From NCBI GenBank assembly GCA_944385705.1, contig CALWYF010000001.1, positions 3,118-67,117 on the forward strand: a stretch of DNA of 64,000 nt. The letters are read 5' to 3'. Shown in pieces: positions 63,181 through 64,000 of the stretch (positions are counted from its first letter, which is position 1; each line of letters starts with the position of its first letter). The notes beneath the pieces were generated by a model that saw nothing but the letters and a program-made list of their open reading frames with translations, had not been told where the DNA came from and did not search any database. The translations under genes and the position numbers were made by a program. The DNA comes from an uncultured Oscillospiraceae bacterium. GTDB lineage: Bacteria > Bacillota > Clostridia > Oscillospirales > Oscillospiraceae.

Positions 63181-63229
63181 AAAAAGCGTATACCGGAGCC
63201 GACAGCATCCGGTATACGCTAAAATTTTT
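63181..63229. terminator. bidirectional terminator
   Basis: 13-bp stem agcgtataccgga / tccggtatacgct between convergent genes. Confidence 0.75.
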
Positions 63230-63235
63230 GTTTAC

Positions 63236-63793
63236 TTACTTATCACCGCTGTCGGAGCCGTCGCTTTCGGTGGAATCCACCACGCTCTGAAACTCCTGCG
63301 CAGCCTCGTTGAACTCCTCTGCCGCCTCGTCCACGGTGTCGGCTACAACCTCAACGACGATATCGCCGTCGCTGTTTTTGACGGTTTCGGCCTTAAGAGC
63401 CTCGATCTCATTTTCCATGCTCTCGATGCGCAGGTTGATTGCCTCCACCTGGGAAAACAGAGGTGCGAAGAACTCCTCCGGGGCATCCCTGTGCTGCTCA
63501 TAGCAGAGCTTGCCTATCTCGGCATAAACCCGGCGCAGCTCCTCATACTCTCCGTTCACCTGAAGGGAGAGCTTTGCAATGCGGCTGTAGGATTTGACTC
63601 TGGAGGCGCCCTGCTCATAGACCTCTTTTACGGTGCTGCCCTCGGCAGCCTCCTTCACCTTGTTGACGGTATCTCCGGCGGCCTCTTTCACCTTGCCTAC
63701 GGCCTGCTGTACGCTGGGGTTCTCTGCCGCTTCTTTCACCTTGCCCACTATGCTTGAAATGGTTCCGGCGATAATGTCTTTGTAATCTGCCAT
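63236..63793 (-). CDS. hypothetical coiled-coil protein with GKVKEAA repeats
   Basis: 185 aa; RBS GGAGG; repeated VGKVKEAAE segments, acidic C-terminus. Confidence 0.6.
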   Translation of the reverse strand: MADYKDIIAGTISSIVGKVKEAAENPSVQQAVGKVKEAAGDTVNKVKEAAEGSTVKEVYEQGASRVKSYSRIAKLSLQVNGEYEELRRVYAEIGKLCYEQHRDAPEEFFAPLFSQVEAINLRIESMENEIEALKAETVKNSDGDIVVEVVADTVDEAAEEFNEAAQEFQSVVDSTESDGSDSGDK

Positions 63794-63807
63794 TTTTTAA
63801 CCTCCGT

Positions 63808-63999
63808 TTATGCTTGATTTTTTGTTGATTCTTCTTTGGCCGCCTCTGCCGCCTCTCTGGAGCGCACCTGGTTTACAAACAGCTTCTCCGGGGGATGGGG
63901 ACGGCGGCTCTGGATAATGAGAATGACCAGGGAGACCAGGACCAGAACCAGGGACAGGGCCTGGGAGACCCGTATGCCGGTGCTGCCAATATACAGACT
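63808..63999 (-). CDS. C-terminal fragment of a membrane protein (continues off right edge)
   Basis: Open reverse frame ...ALSLVLVLVSLVILIIQSRRPHPPEKLFVNQVRSREAAEAAKEESTKNQA, stop at 63808-10. Confidence 0.4.
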   Translation of the reverse strand, partial: SLYIGSTGIRVSQALSLVLVLVSLVILIIQSRRPHPPEKLFVNQVRSREAAEAAKEESTKNQA

Positions 64000-64000
64000 G

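Overview
High-GC Clostridia-type chromosomal segment carrying a ~35 kb prophage. Left flank (1-13.6 kb): bcd-etfB-etfA operon, a CBS/DRTGG regulator-like protein, a second acyl-CoA dehydrogenase, an aminotransferase, a MarR-controlled heterodimeric ABC exporter, LysR, and a DUF1349 plus acetyltransferase pair. Centre (13616-48802): an apparently complete HK97-like siphovirus-type prophage integrated into the 3' end of tRNA-Lys(UUU). This tRNA is the last gene of a five-tRNA operon (Gly-Arg-His-Gln-Lys, minus strand), and the prophage is bounded by a perfect 46-bp att direct repeat. Prophage modules, left to right: integrase, HicAB, an AT-rich two-gene cassette co-oriented downstream of a cI/LexA-like repressor, a divergent switch with three operators, Cro-like and other HTH genes, an initiator with internal ori-like iterons, DnaB, ParA/ParB, Cys-rich small ORFs, an RHH plus HUH-Rep pair, HNH, a ParB-methyltransferase-TerS fusion, TerS, TerL, portal, protease, capsid, tail genes with a -1 frameshift chaperone, a collagen-like fibre, lysis genes, and a right-end small-acidic-protein plus HTH cassette. 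Right flank (48.8-64 kb): TraX, flavoprotein, DUF378, GH3 beta-glucosidase, DUF1294, YgiQ radical SAM, metallophosphoesterase, histidine phosphatase-GNAT, PurN, aspartate kinase and YtvI-like permease. Best leads: (1) the exonuclease-BRCT plus Cys-rich partner cassette sitting in the lambda rexAB position; (2) a 17-bp palindrome, GTGTCCAAATTGGACAC, present six times and only inside the prophage, which also encodes ParA/ParB; (3) the acr-aca-like right-end cassette; (4) plasmid-like maintenance and replication modules in an integrated phage. I saw no rRNA, CRISPR array or IS element. All family calls come from reading motifs by eye; no searches were run.
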